The notes under the pieces are model-generated. The model was given only the letters and a program-made list of their open reading frames with translations, was not told the origin of the DNA and made no database searches. From a virus, in the IMG/VR virus record IMGVR_UViG_3300009155_000048, positions 43,135 to 107,134 of that record: 64,000 nt of DNA, one strand, 5' to 3'. Shown here piece after piece: positions 9,211-19,051 of the stretch. A program made the translations under genes and the position numbers. Every line of letters starts with the position of its first letter. The stretch's first letter is position 1.

Positions 9211-10962
9211 TTAGTTAAGTAATCCAGGAGTATCAGACACTTTAATTGTCATATACTGCTTTTGAGGATACCAACCCACTTCAGCAACTGCGTATCTAGA
9301 TCTTAACAACATACGTGGAGCGAATGTAGCTTCAGAGATGATACTGATTGACTGAGCCATTAAGTAAGGTACGAAGATGATACCTGGTTGATCAGGATTG
9401 TTCTTTCTACCAATAACGATACGGTTATCGTTATACTTCATGTAAGGGTCAACATAGATTTGGATATCACCGATTTGACCAACTGGATACAATTGACCAG
9501 AACCGTTGATTTTAGATTTAGTTGGATTAATAGTATATCCAGCGACATCCATTAAAGCTGCAGCTAAACCTCCGTTAGTTACTGCGAATTGTGCAGGACC
9601 AACACGACCTTCTGTTGCAATATAGTTAGAAGCGTGAACCATCTTAGTGATCAACTTACGTTGAACAGCGTGTGTAGTTTCACCACCAACTTGAGTTTGA
9701 GTGTAAAGAGTATCTAAGTCAAAAATAGTTGGACTAGAGATGTTATTGCTATAAGTAGCACCAGATGCTGGAGCTGAAGATCTGTTCAAGTCACCCATTT
9801 CAAAGATTTTAGATACAATTTGTTTAGAAATTGTTTGAGACAATTCGTTAACAAGGATAGATTCCATTTTTTGAACGATATCCATACCAGTGTTAGCTTT
9901 GATGTCTTCAATTTCAGTTCTTCTAAGAGCTGAAGATACTTCAATAGTACCAACCGCGATAGACTTAGTAGAAACTTTTGGTCCAATTACACCAGCATAA
10001 GTCAAATCATCTTCAGCACGACTCATTGGGTATCTACCATTCTGAGAGTTTGTAGAGAAGTTTGTAGAGAAACCTGGTAATTGATCTTCTAATGCAGAAA
10101 TCATAGTAACAGTTAAGTTAGAAGTACTTGAGAAAGTAAGACCAGGAATAGCTGTTAATTGAGACTGGATTGTAGCAGAAGGAGTAAATGTATTTTGAGT
10201 TTGGTCAAAAGCTGCTGCTGCTGGGTTATAAACGTTAGCAATTGTTTGTGAACCAATAGTAGCATTTGCTTGTCTAAATGCTCTGAAGATAGGAAGACCA
10301 TCGATACGAGAGTAACCTAAGAATTCAAGAACGTTAGCTTTAGAACCACTAATAGATGTACCTGTTGAAACAGATGCAGCATAGTTACCTAAAGTAAAGT
10401 AAGCCTTAGTACCAGTAGCACTTTGGAAACCACCAACTGTTAAAACGATATCAGTTGAAGAAATTGCAGTTGAAACTTTAGTACCAAACGCACCACTTTG
10501 TAACATACCAGCTGTATCAGTTGAGTTAGTTGATACGATTTTAAATACTTGAGGTGCACCATATGTAGTATCAACATCATCATATTGGAAGTCAATATAC
10601 AATAAGTCTAATTTTGGACCTGGTGAAGGTTTTACAGCAACTAAATCTAAACCGATTGTTTGAGCTGCGATTTTCATAGCAACTGGTAATAAGTTTTGAC
10701 CTAAGTCACCAGAACCAGCCGAACCTGAGTTACTTGACCAGTTAGTACCAAGTGTAGTACCTGATAAAGTTGATGGTTGAGGAGATGTAACTGCACCCAT
10801 ACCTTGGATTGTTGCGTTTACATACGCATTTTCATTGATAGAGTGGAACTCTGCGTATTCTGACATCCAATCAAGTCTGTCTTCACCAGCAACGCCCATG
10901 TTCTCTAATACTGGAGACCACTTCTTCAATGCTTTTTGTTTGTCTATTCTAATGTGTGACAT
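9211..10962 (-). CDS. Major capsid protein (T4 gp23-like)
   Basis: KKWSPVLE, QTIGLDLVAVKP, IYVDPY, PGIIFVPY, FAPRMLLRSRYA; strong codon bias. Confidence 0.93.
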   Translation of the reverse strand: MSHIRIDKQKALKKWSPVLENMGVAGEDRLDWMSEYAEFHSINENAYVNATIQGMGAVTSPQPSTLSGTTLGTNWSSNSGSAGSGDLGQNLLPVAMKIAAQTIGLDLVAVKPSPGPKLDLLYIDFQYDDVDTTYGAPQVFKIVSTNSTDTAGMLQSGAFGTKVSTAISSTDIVLTVGGFQSATGTKAYFTLGNYAASVSTGTSISGSKANVLEFLGYSRIDGLPIFRAFRQANATIGSQTIANVYNPAAAAFDQTQNTFTPSATIQSQLTAIPGLTFSSTSNLTVTMISALEDQLPGFSTNFSTNSQNGRYPMSRAEDDLTYAGVIGPKVSTKSIAVGTIEVSSALRRTEIEDIKANTGMDIVQKMESILVNELSQTISKQIVSKIFEMGDLNRSSAPASGATYSNNISSPTIFDLDTLYTQTQVGGETTHAVQRKLITKMVHASNYIATEGRVGPAQFAVTNGGLAAALMDVAGYTINPTKSKINGSGQLYPVGQIGDIQIYVDPYMKYNDNRIVIGRKNNPDQPGIIFVPYLMAQSISIISEATFAPRMLLRSRYAVAEVGWYPQKQYMTIKVSDTPGLLN

Positions 10963-11047
10963 AATTTTTTTTTATTTTTTTTGTTTTTCTTATATCTATA
11001 TAGTATCCTATTTTTCCTTAATTTTTCAAGGGTGGATTTTTTATAGA

Positions 11048-13159
11048 TTAAAGATTTTTGAATCTCTCCATAATTGCAGTTACATCACCATCAGACAATT
11101 TGTCTTCTTGAATTAACGCATTATGTTCAACTAATTTTTTAGTTACAGATTCATTTTTCTTGAATGGTCTTGTTAACCAGAAATGTTCAACTTTTGATTC
11201 AGTTGTTAAGTCTGGGTACAATCTAGCTTGCGATAAGATAGACTTTTTAGAAGATTCATTCAATTGTGACCAGATTGGCTTAATGTTTTCAGGCATCAAT
11301 CTAATCAATCTCTCTTCAAGAGATTCATTTTTAACAGATAACGCTTCTCCAATCATCTTTAACACATCAGAACTAGTGAAATAACTCTTTTCGTTTATGT
11401 AAAGTTTTACTTGTTCTTGCTCCTCGTTTGTTAAGCTGTAATAGCTATCAACTTGGGACTTGTTTAAGAATTTTAAGAAATGTAAATCATTGGACTCAGA
11501 AACTTTACGTTTTTTAGCTTCTTCAATTAATTTATCAATTTGTTGAGATAATTCTGTATCAGAATTGCCTTCGAATTTAGATTCTTCTCCATAAGGATTT
11601 TCCTCTTCTTTTTCATGTGCCATTGGCATTCCCGGCATTCCTTCTTCTTCACCATATGTACCTTCTTCTGAAGCTACTAAGTGAGGCATACCTTCTTCTT
11701 CCTCTTCTTCATATGCCATTGGCATTCCTTCTTCTTCTGAAGCAATCATTTCAAATCCTACTTCTTCTAAAGTTGGGAATGAATTACCTTTACTTTCATT
11801 TAATTTATTACCATTTAATTTCTCAGCAATTAAACCCGCGTAAGAAACAGTTTTATCTAAGTTTTCAGCAATATACTCAGAGTAAGCGATGTTATCATCT
11901 AAGTGTTCAGCAATGTATTCAGAGTAAGCGATGTTACCTTCTACATGCTCAGCTAAATATTCAGAATAAGCAATAGAGTTATCTACATGCTCAGCGATAT
12001 ACTCAGAGTAAGCAATATTCTTATCTAAGTTTTCAGCGATGTACTCAGAGTAAGCAATATTCTTATCTAAGTTTTCAGCGATGTACTCAGAGTAAGCAAT
12101 ATTCTTATCTAAGTTCTCAGCTAAATATTCAGAATAAGTGATATTCTTATCAACATTCTCAGCTAAATATTCAGAGTAAGAAATATTTTTGTCTAAGTTT
12201 TCAGCTAAGTACTCAGAATAAGTGATGTTCTTATCTAAGTTTTCAGCTAAGTATTCAGTGTAATTAACAGCCTTTTCTAAGTTTTCAGCTAAATAATCAT
12301 TGTGAGAGATCAACTTATCAGTAGTTGATTTCAATGATTTATTTTCATTAACCACAACTTGAACTTTTTCAGCTAAGTAATCTAAATACTTAACCATTTG
12401 AGAGTTAGTCTTATTAAGTTCTTCATAGTACTCAAGAAGTTGCTCTAATTTTTTCGGATTGATGTTACCTGATTTAATAGCAGATTGTGCAGCTTTCTTA
12501 GTAGTAGCGATTTCATTAATCAAATACTTAGAATAGTCAGCTAATTGCTGTTTGGTAACGAAGTCATTCTGGTTCATATTGAATAGTTCGTTTATTTTTG
12601 ACTCATCGGACATTTCATATATCCTAAAGTTAGTTTTATTGGAAAACCCATATGATTCATTTATGGATTTCATTCTAGCTGAAGCAAATCCTGGGTCAGC
12701 AACAATGTCGTAAGTAAACAATTTCTTTAAAGTAACAGTACCATCTGATTCAGTGATACCAGCAGCTCTTGAAGAAACGAATACAGGACAACCATCATCA
12801 ACTAAAGATTTAGCTTCTTTACCCCAATAGGTATTCAATAATTTAATCTCACCCTCAACACGATTAGATTCTTTAACATAAGAAGCTTTTCTAATAATGT
12901 GTGAAGCGCGAGATAATGATGTATCAAATACATCTGGGTGATCGAATTCACCATAAACAACACCCATATTTTGAATACGGTCATTAAGTTCTTCTAAACA
13001 AGGAATAAACTTATCTGCAGTGTAGATTCTTTCATTACGGTTTTTAACACCGAACTCAGTAAAAATACCACCTAAGATATAGTCTTTCTTGCCACCAGAA
13101 ACTTGAACGCTCTCCTTTAATGGGTTTGAGTTGTTTTCAACGATTAAGATTGGTTTCAT
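11048..13159 (-). CDS. Prohead protease (gp21-like) fused to a scaffold/core (gp22-like) region
   Basis: KNRNERIY, GEFDHP, VSSRAAG, TYDIVADPGF, then coiled-coil repeats and an acidic linker. Confidence 0.9.
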   Translation of the reverse strand: MKPILIVENNSNPLKESVQVSGGKKDYILGGIFTEFGVKNRNERIYTADKFIPCLEELNDRIQNMGVVYGEFDHPDVFDTSLSRASHIIRKASYVKESNRVEGEIKLLNTYWGKEAKSLVDDGCPVFVSSRAAGITESDGTVTLKKLFTYDIVADPGFASARMKSINESYGFSNKTNFRIYEMSDESKINELFNMNQNDFVTKQQLADYSKYLINEIATTKKAAQSAIKSGNINPKKLEQLLEYYEELNKTNSQMVKYLDYLAEKVQVVVNENKSLKSTTDKLISHNDYLAENLEKAVNYTEYLAENLDKNITYSEYLAENLDKNISYSEYLAENVDKNITYSEYLAENLDKNIAYSEYIAENLDKNIAYSEYIAENLDKNIAYSEYIAEHVDNSIAYSEYLAEHVEGNIAYSEYIAEHLDDNIAYSEYIAENLDKTVSYAGLIAEKLNGNKLNESKGNSFPTLEEVGFEMIASEEEGMPMAYEEEEEEGMPHLVASEEGTYGEEEGMPGMPMAHEKEEENPYGEESKFEGNSDTELSQQIDKLIEEAKKRKVSESNDLHFLKFLNKSQVDSYYSLTNEEQEQVKLYINEKSYFTSSDVLKMIGEALSVKNESLEERLIRLMPENIKPIWSQLNESSKKSILSQARLYPDLTTESKVEHFWLTRPFKKNESVTKKLVEHNALIQEDKLSDGDVTAIMERFKNL
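11801..12304 (-). repeat. About 12 tandem 42-nt (14-aa) coding repeats YSEY(L/I)AENLDKNI(A/T/S)
   Basis: Visible in both DNA and protein. Confidence 0.95.
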
Positions 13160-13279
13160 TTATCGCAATTTATTTTTTATAACTGTATATATTGACCTTG
13201 AAAAACCGTCTTTTTTCTTAGAAGGATTTTTTATAGATACCTTTAGAACTTTATCCCATCTAAGTCATATAAATTTCTA

Positions 13280-13729
13280 ATGAAAAGAGTAAAAGTTATA
13301 ATTTTTCAAAAAAATGAAGATTCTTTGGATGAAATTGTTCAATTTTTATCTAAATCGGAAAACTCAAAAGAATTTTATTTAAAAATGAATAGAGATAAAT
13401 TCATAAATGAAATTTTATCTATTTCCGATCCAATTCATCAATGGATGCCATTTTTAGAGTCACTATCACCAATAAAACTATATGACAAATATGGATCCAC
13501 TTATCAGTCAAAATATAGAGAAGTACTTAACATATCAACAATATCACACCATATTAAAAGTATAGTTGTAGAAAACAACACTCTATATGGAATTATTGAT
13601 ATACTAGACACACCAATAGGTGGACGAATTCAATCATTAGATGCAGAACAGATGGTACTAAATCCCATATATAATACAGGTGAAATCATAACATTTGATA
13701 TAGATTTTAATATAAGGGAAGCAGCATGA
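13280..13729 (+). CDS. Divergent, probably inactive prohead-protease paralogue
   Basis: ISHHIKSI...LYGIIDILDTPIG...IITFDI aligns with the gp21 core; GExxHP and SSR motifs absent. Confidence 0.6.
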   Translation: MKRVKVIIFQKNEDSLDEIVQFLSKSENSKEFYLKMNRDKFINEILSISDPIHQWMPFLESLSPIKLYDKYGSTYQSKYREVLNISTISHHIKSIVVENNTLYGIIDILDTPIGGRIQSLDAEQMVLNPIYNTGEIITFDIDFNIREAA

Positions 13730-14136
13730 TACTAACTAGAGAAATTATAGTAAAAATAAATGAGTCCAACTTTTCATATTATGAAGAGTTAGGATATGAT
13801 GTTGCTATTGGAGAAGCTCTAATAATTCCAGTTGAATTATTATCAACAGGAAGCCACTATAAAATAGATTGTAAATGTGATGGATGTAGTATAGTTAAGG
13901 AAGTCATATTTAAGAATTATGTTAAATATGATAATAAATGGGGCGAGTACTATTGTAGAAAGTGTTCAGAGAAGAAAAGAAAAGAAACTCTTAAAGAAAA
14001 TTATGGCGTTGAATATCCAATTCAAAACAAAGAAATAAAGAAAAGGATTAAGAAAACTATGATTGATAAGTTTGGAGTAGATAACCCAACAAAATCAAAA
14101 GAAATTATTTCTAAAAGAAAAAAAGTCTCAAATTAA
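13726..14136 (+). CDS. Homing-endonuclease-associated Zn-finger/repeat protein lacking a nuclease domain
   Basis: CKCDGC, CRKC, KETLKENYGVEYP and DKFGVDNP repeats like those in 43366..45054. Confidence 0.65.
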   Translation: MILTREIIVKINESNFSYYEELGYDVAIGEALIIPVELLSTGSHYKIDCKCDGCSIVKEVIFKNYVKYDNKWGEYYCRKCSEKKRKETLKENYGVEYPIQNKEIKKRIKKTMIDKFGVDNPTKSKEIISKRKKVSN

Positions 14137-14152
14137 TTTTTGAGACTTTTTT
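14119..14152. terminator. Bidirectional intrinsic terminator
   Basis: aaaaaagtctcaaa...tttgagactttttt. Confidence 0.75.
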
Positions 14153-14153
14153 A

Positions 14154-15860
14154 TTAGAATTCAAATTCAGCACCTTCACCACCAGCTTCTCCGCCACCAC
14201 CTTCACCACCCGGTTCTGGACCAGCCTCCGGAGTTGTTTGAGCTCCTCCTTCAGGGGCAGCTTGAGCACCACCTTCGGCACCAGGTTCACCACCTTCAGC
14301 ACCAGCTTCAGCACCACCTTCTGGGCCAGCACCACCGCCTTTACCAGATTTAATCCAATAGGCTTTATTTTCTTCTTTTTCTTCTGGTGTCAATTTCATA
14401 ACTTTATCAATTAAATAATCAATATGGAAATATGGTTGGCCATCAGCAGTTTGAATTCCCAACATAGTGCCTAAAATACTAGCTCTCTTTTCAAAATTTG
14501 CCAACTTTTTCCACTCTTCAAATAATTGATTTGAATTAAAATTGATATCTACTTGGTTTAAGAATATCTCATCATTTTTCAATTCTGGAAATTCCATACA
14601 CATTTGTAATTTAAGTGGTTTAACAATTAATTCTTTATAGTTAGCTCTTAAACGGTTAATAAAGTTATTAAATTTAACTTCATCTCTAGTCATCTCAGCC
14701 GCATCACTAAATACATTACCACCACCATTTTCTTTATCAAATCTTTGGAAAGGAATTTTAGATGCTCTTTTTAAGATATTAAAGAACCAAGTTAACATAT
14801 CATTCTCATTTAAGTTGTGACCTTCCGGTGAGACTAATTCCATACCAGGTGTACCAGCATCTCCTTCTGGGAACCACACTTGTTTATTATATGGTAAATG
14901 TTTTCTACCATTTATAGTAACAGTACCCAATGTATCATCCCATTCAACTTCTTCCGAGTAATCAGCAATTAATTGACCAATTTGTTCTTCAGCACGTTGT
15001 CTAGGTAAACCTTTAATTGGAATAGTAAACTTTTGATAAACAGTAGCGTTGATAATATTGAACATAATTTTAGTTTGTTCAAGAATCTTTAACTGATTAT
15101 ATGGTTTAATTAAACCCTCAAGATATGAAGTTTCAGAATAATCATTCTGTGTTGAATATGAAATAAATACCAATTGAGAATCTAAGAAGATTCTTCTTAA
15201 TTGTGGATCCTCTGGATATTGAATCCAAAGATTACCAATAGATGGCTCATATGCTGGAACTAATGTTTCGGGTCTTAGTCTATTAAAGTGAATAATATTT
15301 TTTTTCTTATCATCCCAAACAATTTCAATTGCAATATAACCATCAATTAAGAAGTCTTTCATCATATTCCAAGCAGTGATATTATCACCAAATCCAAATC
15401 TATTATAAATAATTTCAAAATACTCTTGATACTTATCCTTAATATCTTGTGAGTAGTCATTTGATAAAGGTCTAGGTGAACAAAAATCATTCTCATTATA
15501 GATAATTGCCTCATCGGAAACCGATGAAACAAAATCTCTTAATTCATCCTTAATTGAATATTCTCTTAAAATTCTTCTCTTATCAGCATAACTTCTATCT
15601 AAATACGGAACCGACTTTCTATTAAGAACAGACGCAACCGCTTTGGATGAAAAGAAATCATACATCGAATTATTTTTCTGACTGTACGGATCCTCATTAA
15701 TACCAACACCGACAGTGTTTCTGATAATCATATCATCATACTTCATACCGAAGTTTGATAAATTACGAAGCAATCTATTAAAAAGACCCTTATTCTCAAC
15801 CGCAGATGAGATATAAGTAGAATTTTGATTTTGTTGATTTAGCGGATTATAAGAAGCCAT
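14154..15860 (-). CDS. Portal protein (T4 gp20-like) with Gly/Glu/Ala-rich tail
   Basis: IDGYIAIE, SYLEGLIKPYNQLKILE, RASKIP, TRDEVKFNNFINRLR. Confidence 0.92.
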   Translation of the reverse strand: MASYNPLNQQNQNSTYISSAVENKGLFNRLLRNLSNFGMKYDDMIIRNTVGVGINEDPYSQKNNSMYDFFSSKAVASVLNRKSVPYLDRSYADKRRILREYSIKDELRDFVSSVSDEAIIYNENDFCSPRPLSNDYSQDIKDKYQEYFEIIYNRFGFGDNITAWNMMKDFLIDGYIAIEIVWDDKKKNIIHFNRLRPETLVPAYEPSIGNLWIQYPEDPQLRRIFLDSQLVFISYSTQNDYSETSYLEGLIKPYNQLKILEQTKIMFNIINATVYQKFTIPIKGLPRQRAEEQIGQLIADYSEEVEWDDTLGTVTINGRKHLPYNKQVWFPEGDAGTPGMELVSPEGHNLNENDMLTWFFNILKRASKIPFQRFDKENGGGNVFSDAAEMTRDEVKFNNFINRLRANYKELIVKPLKLQMCMEFPELKNDEIFLNQVDINFNSNQLFEEWKKLANFEKRASILGTMLGIQTADGQPYFHIDYLIDKVMKLTPEEKEENKAYWIKSGKGGGAGPEGGAEAGAEGGEPGAEGGAQAAPEGGAQTTPEAGPEPGGEGGGGEAGGEGAEFEF

Positions 15861-15917
15861 AAAATTTTAAAAATTTCTAGTATATATTAAAAACAGAGTT
15901 TCCCATATATATTAAGT

Positions 15918-16610
15918 TTAACGACCATATTTTTCAAGGCTTTTCTTGATTCTATCAGCATGTCCTTTTAATAGTTTGTAGTTTTCTTTTATATCATCTG
16001 AAATTTGATAAAAGTCTTTTATCAAAACTTTACTCATTTCAGCATCTCTATCAGCTCTATCGCCTAACTTAGCACTCCAAATCTCATAGAGTTTTCTAGG
16101 GTCATATTTATTTTTAGGGTGACCAGAATATAAGAATCTAGGAACTGCTTCCATATTTATCTTATGGACTAGTTGAACTTGTTGAAGATTATATTCAACC
16201 AAAGCATACTCAAATCCATAATTCATCAATTCTCTATAAACTCCTTGAAAATCAACTTCTAATAAATTATTGTTTTCAAAGTCTTCTTCTTTGATGTACT
16301 TATCAAATATACTCACCCGAACTTCAAGTGGGATAAAATTAAAATTAATACCTATTATAATTATAAGATTCTCAAATTTCTTAAAATCAACAGTGAAAAT
16401 TGGAGAATATCTCATCCAATTAGAATCATCCATATAATGTAAGTGATAAAACCCACTCAATTGCATCTGACCAACATTCATACTAGTAACTTCACTATCT
16501 GATTTACTAAACTTATTATAGAAATAAAGTGAGTTATTTTTATAATTCTCAGCAATTCCATTACCATAAACCAAATTATTTAATTTAACTCTTTCTAATA
16601 ATTCACCCAT
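15918..16610 (-). CDS. DNA end-protector protein (T4 gp2-like)
   Basis: GFYHLHY...YSPIF...GINFNFIPLEVR; adjacent to the gp4-like gene. Confidence 0.7.
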   Translation of the reverse strand: MGELLERVKLNNLVYGNGIAENYKNNSLYFYNKFSKSDSEVTSMNVGQMQLSGFYHLHYMDDSNWMRYSPIFTVDFKKFENLIIIIGINFNFIPLEVRVSIFDKYIKEEDFENNNLLEVDFQGVYRELMNYGFEYALVEYNLQQVQLVHKINMEAVPRFLYSGHPKNKYDPRKLYEIWSAKLGDRADRDAEMSKVLIKDFYQISDDIKENYKLLKGHADRIKKSLEKYGR

Positions 16611-16654
16611 AGGATATTAATTTATAGATATATATTAAAAAATAACATTAAGGT

Positions 16655-17164
16655 ATGTTAAATAGTGCTCCAAAACAACCAGGTAAATATCACCAAGGAT
16701 TGTTTACTCCAAGTAACAAAGACAAAGTAATTAAATTAAACTCACAAGGTGGATTATACTATCGTTCCGGATTAGAACAGAAAATGATGGTCTATCTAGA
16801 CAATAATGAAAAGATTATCAATTGGGGATCAGAACATCTTAGAATACCCTACACTAAAACAGAATGGGTATCAGAAAATCAAGATTATAAAACATCAGAA
16901 CATACTTACTATCCTGACTTTTATTATGAGTTAAAAAGAGAGGATGGATCAATTTCTAAAGTTGTTGCTGAAGTAAAGCCTTATTCAGAAACAATTGAAC
17001 CTAAATTGAATCCAAATCCAACAGCTAAACAGATGAAGAACTTTGAATATGCTCTTAAAATGTATAATAAAAATCTAAGTAAGTGGACTTACATGATTGA
17101 ATATTGTCAAAGAAAAGGATTTGAATTTATTATTATTACTGAAAAAGTCCTTGGATCAAGATAA
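16655..17164 (+). CDS. Head completion nuclease (T4 gp4-like, TnsA fold)
   Basis: YRSGLE, WGSE, YYPDF, AEVKP, FIIITE. Confidence 0.88.
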   Translation: MLNSAPKQPGKYHQGLFTPSNKDKVIKLNSQGGLYYRSGLEQKMMVYLDNNEKIINWGSEHLRIPYTKTEWVSENQDYKTSEHTYYPDFYYELKREDGSISKVVAEVKPYSETIEPKLNPNPTAKQMKNFEYALKMYNKNLSKWTYMIEYCQRKGFEFIIITEKVLGSR

Positions 17165-17498
17165 TAATAAGAAAGAAAACACTCATAATAGTGTTTATAC
17201 CATCATATAAATTTATAGCAATATTTCTCTTGGTTGATAAGATAACATACTTAAATAGACCAAGAAAAATAATACCAAAGAAATATATCCACAAATGTGA
17301 GAATAAACCAATCGGTAACCAAATTAAATAGAATATCTTAAATAGATAGAAAAATAAATTTGGGATAGCACTTTTAATATCCAAATTTGGATCAAATTTA
17401 GCAAAAATTTTATTACGATTGGTTAGTTGATATACCTCAACCACAATAAAAACAAGTGAAAGAGCATAGAAAAAATTAGACAAAAGGTTCATCTTCAA
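17136..17498 (-). CDS. Small multi-pass membrane protein
   Basis: 3-4 hydrophobic segments. Confidence 0.7.
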   Translation of the reverse strand: MKMNLLSNFFYALSLVFIVVEVYQLTNRNKIFAKFDPNLDIKSAIPNLFFYLFKIFYLIWLPIGLFSHLWIYFFGIIFLGLFKYVILSTKRNIAINLYDGINTIMSVFFLIIILIQGLFQ

Positions 17499-17790
17499 AA
17501 ATAGTTTTTATTTCTCCTAGATTTTTTAAATTTGTGAGAGAATTTTGCATTAGTCTTATACTACCAGATTTACTTACTTCATTAAAAATCTCATCAGATA
17601 CAGACACTTCAATCGGATCACCCACAATTCTGTCGTATTCATGAGGAATAGCATCTGAATCTCTACTTTCATAAGTCTTTCTTATGTAAGATTTATATTC
17701 ATCCTTTGTTAAATGTAGTGAACAACCATCAGGACGAATTCCCCATCCACGTTCAGACTCTTCCCAATACTGTAAATAAACGCTTTTCAT
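17476..17790 (-). CDS. Phage hypothetical protein
   Basis: WEESERGWGIRPDGCSLH; overlaps the next gene. Confidence 0.75.
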   Translation of the reverse strand: MKSVYLQYWEESERGWGIRPDGCSLHLTKDEYKSYIRKTYESRDSDAIPHEYDRIVGDPIEVSVSDEIFNEVSKSGSIRLMQNSLTNLKNLGEIKTIFEDEPFV

Positions 17791-17867
17791 ACTTTTGTGA
17801 TATTTATAGTGATATTAATTAAACTCTTAAAGTTTAGCAAATATAATAAATAAAAATTAATTATACA

Positions 17868-19019
17868 ATGAGAAAAATAACATTTCATTTAGAGTATATT
17901 TGGTTAGACGGTAATTATCCTCAACAAATACGTTCAAAAACAAAAATAGTGGAGAAAGAAATCACCGACGATATTATTGAAGATATTCAAAATAGTGAAA
18001 CCGGAGATGTACGCGAACCATTCTATAATGATTGGAAAAAAAATCCAAAATCATTACCAATGTGGAACTTTGATGGATCTTCCACTGGCCAAGCCGAAAC
18101 TTCTAAATCAGAATTGTTATTACATCCAGTAAATATTTTCATGGATCCAGTTAAACACAATGGATTTATAGTTATTTCTGAAGTATATAATACCGACATG
18201 ACACCACATCATACTAATAAAAGAGCCAAAATGGTTGAAATGGTTGAAAAGTATGACCAAGAAACAATGTGGGGATGGGAGGCTGAGTATTTCATTTATG
18301 ATAAAAAAACTAATAAACCACTTGGATGGCCAACAGAAGGATATCCTAGACCACAAGGACCATTCTATTGTGCAGTTGGTGGTAATAATGTTGATGGACG
18401 CGAATTTGTCGAAGAACACACAACATTATGTGAAATTACAGGTTTGAAAATTTCTGGAATCAATGCTGAAGTTGCTCTTGGTCAATGGGAATATCAAATT
18501 GGACCAGTTTATGCAATAGATGGTGCTGACCAAATGTGGATTTCTAGATTTTTATTACAAAGATTGTCTGAAAAATATGGATATTTTATTGAATTAGAAC
18601 CTAAACCATATAAAGGAAATGATTGGAATGGATCGGGAATGCACGTTAACTTCTCAACTAAAGAAATGAGAGATGATTTGAAAAACAAGAAAAAGTTAGT
18701 TATTGAAGCTTGTGAAAAATTAGGACAAAAAGTAGAAGAACATATTGCAGTATATGGACCAAACAATGAAGCTCGTTTAACTGGATCAAATGAAACTTGT
18801 TCAATTAAAGAATTTAGATATGGAATTGGAGATAGAACAGCTTCAATTCGTATTCCTTCTTCAATTGAAGACAAAACAACTCCTGGATACTTAGAAGATA
18901 GAAGACCAGCTTCAAATGGTGATCCATATGAAATTGTAACTAGAATGGTCAAAACCATCTGTGGTGGAAAGTTAGATAAAAAATCTGATAAGAAAAAGAA
19001 GAAAGAACAAGAAGCATAA
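17868..19019 (+). CDS. glnII: Glutamine synthetase type II (auxiliary metabolic gene)
   Basis: LEYIWLDG, WNFDGSST, PQGPFYC, GINAEV..GQWEYQ, DWNGSGMH, YLEDRRPASNGDPY. Confidence 0.93.
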   Translation: MRKITFHLEYIWLDGNYPQQIRSKTKIVEKEITDDIIEDIQNSETGDVREPFYNDWKKNPKSLPMWNFDGSSTGQAETSKSELLLHPVNIFMDPVKHNGFIVISEVYNTDMTPHHTNKRAKMVEMVEKYDQETMWGWEAEYFIYDKKTNKPLGWPTEGYPRPQGPFYCAVGGNNVDGREFVEEHTTLCEITGLKISGINAEVALGQWEYQIGPVYAIDGADQMWISRFLLQRLSEKYGYFIELEPKPYKGNDWNGSGMHVNFSTKEMRDDLKNKKKLVIEACEKLGQKVEEHIAVYGPNNEARLTGSNETCSIKEFRYGIGDRTASIRIPSSIEDKTTPGYLEDRRPASNGDPYEIVTRMVKTICGGKLDKKSDKKKKKEQEA

Positions 19020-19023
19020 AAAG

Positions 19024-19051
19024 AAAAACCTCTCAAATTTGAGAGGTTTTT
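19024..19051. terminator. Bidirectional intrinsic terminator
   Basis: aaaaacctctcaaatttgagaggttttt. Confidence 0.8.

Noticed and set aside
11801-12304. 42-nt repeat array as CRISPR or DGR
   Set aside because: No unique spacers; variation is mostly synonymous or conservative; no reverse transcriptase or cas gene in the window
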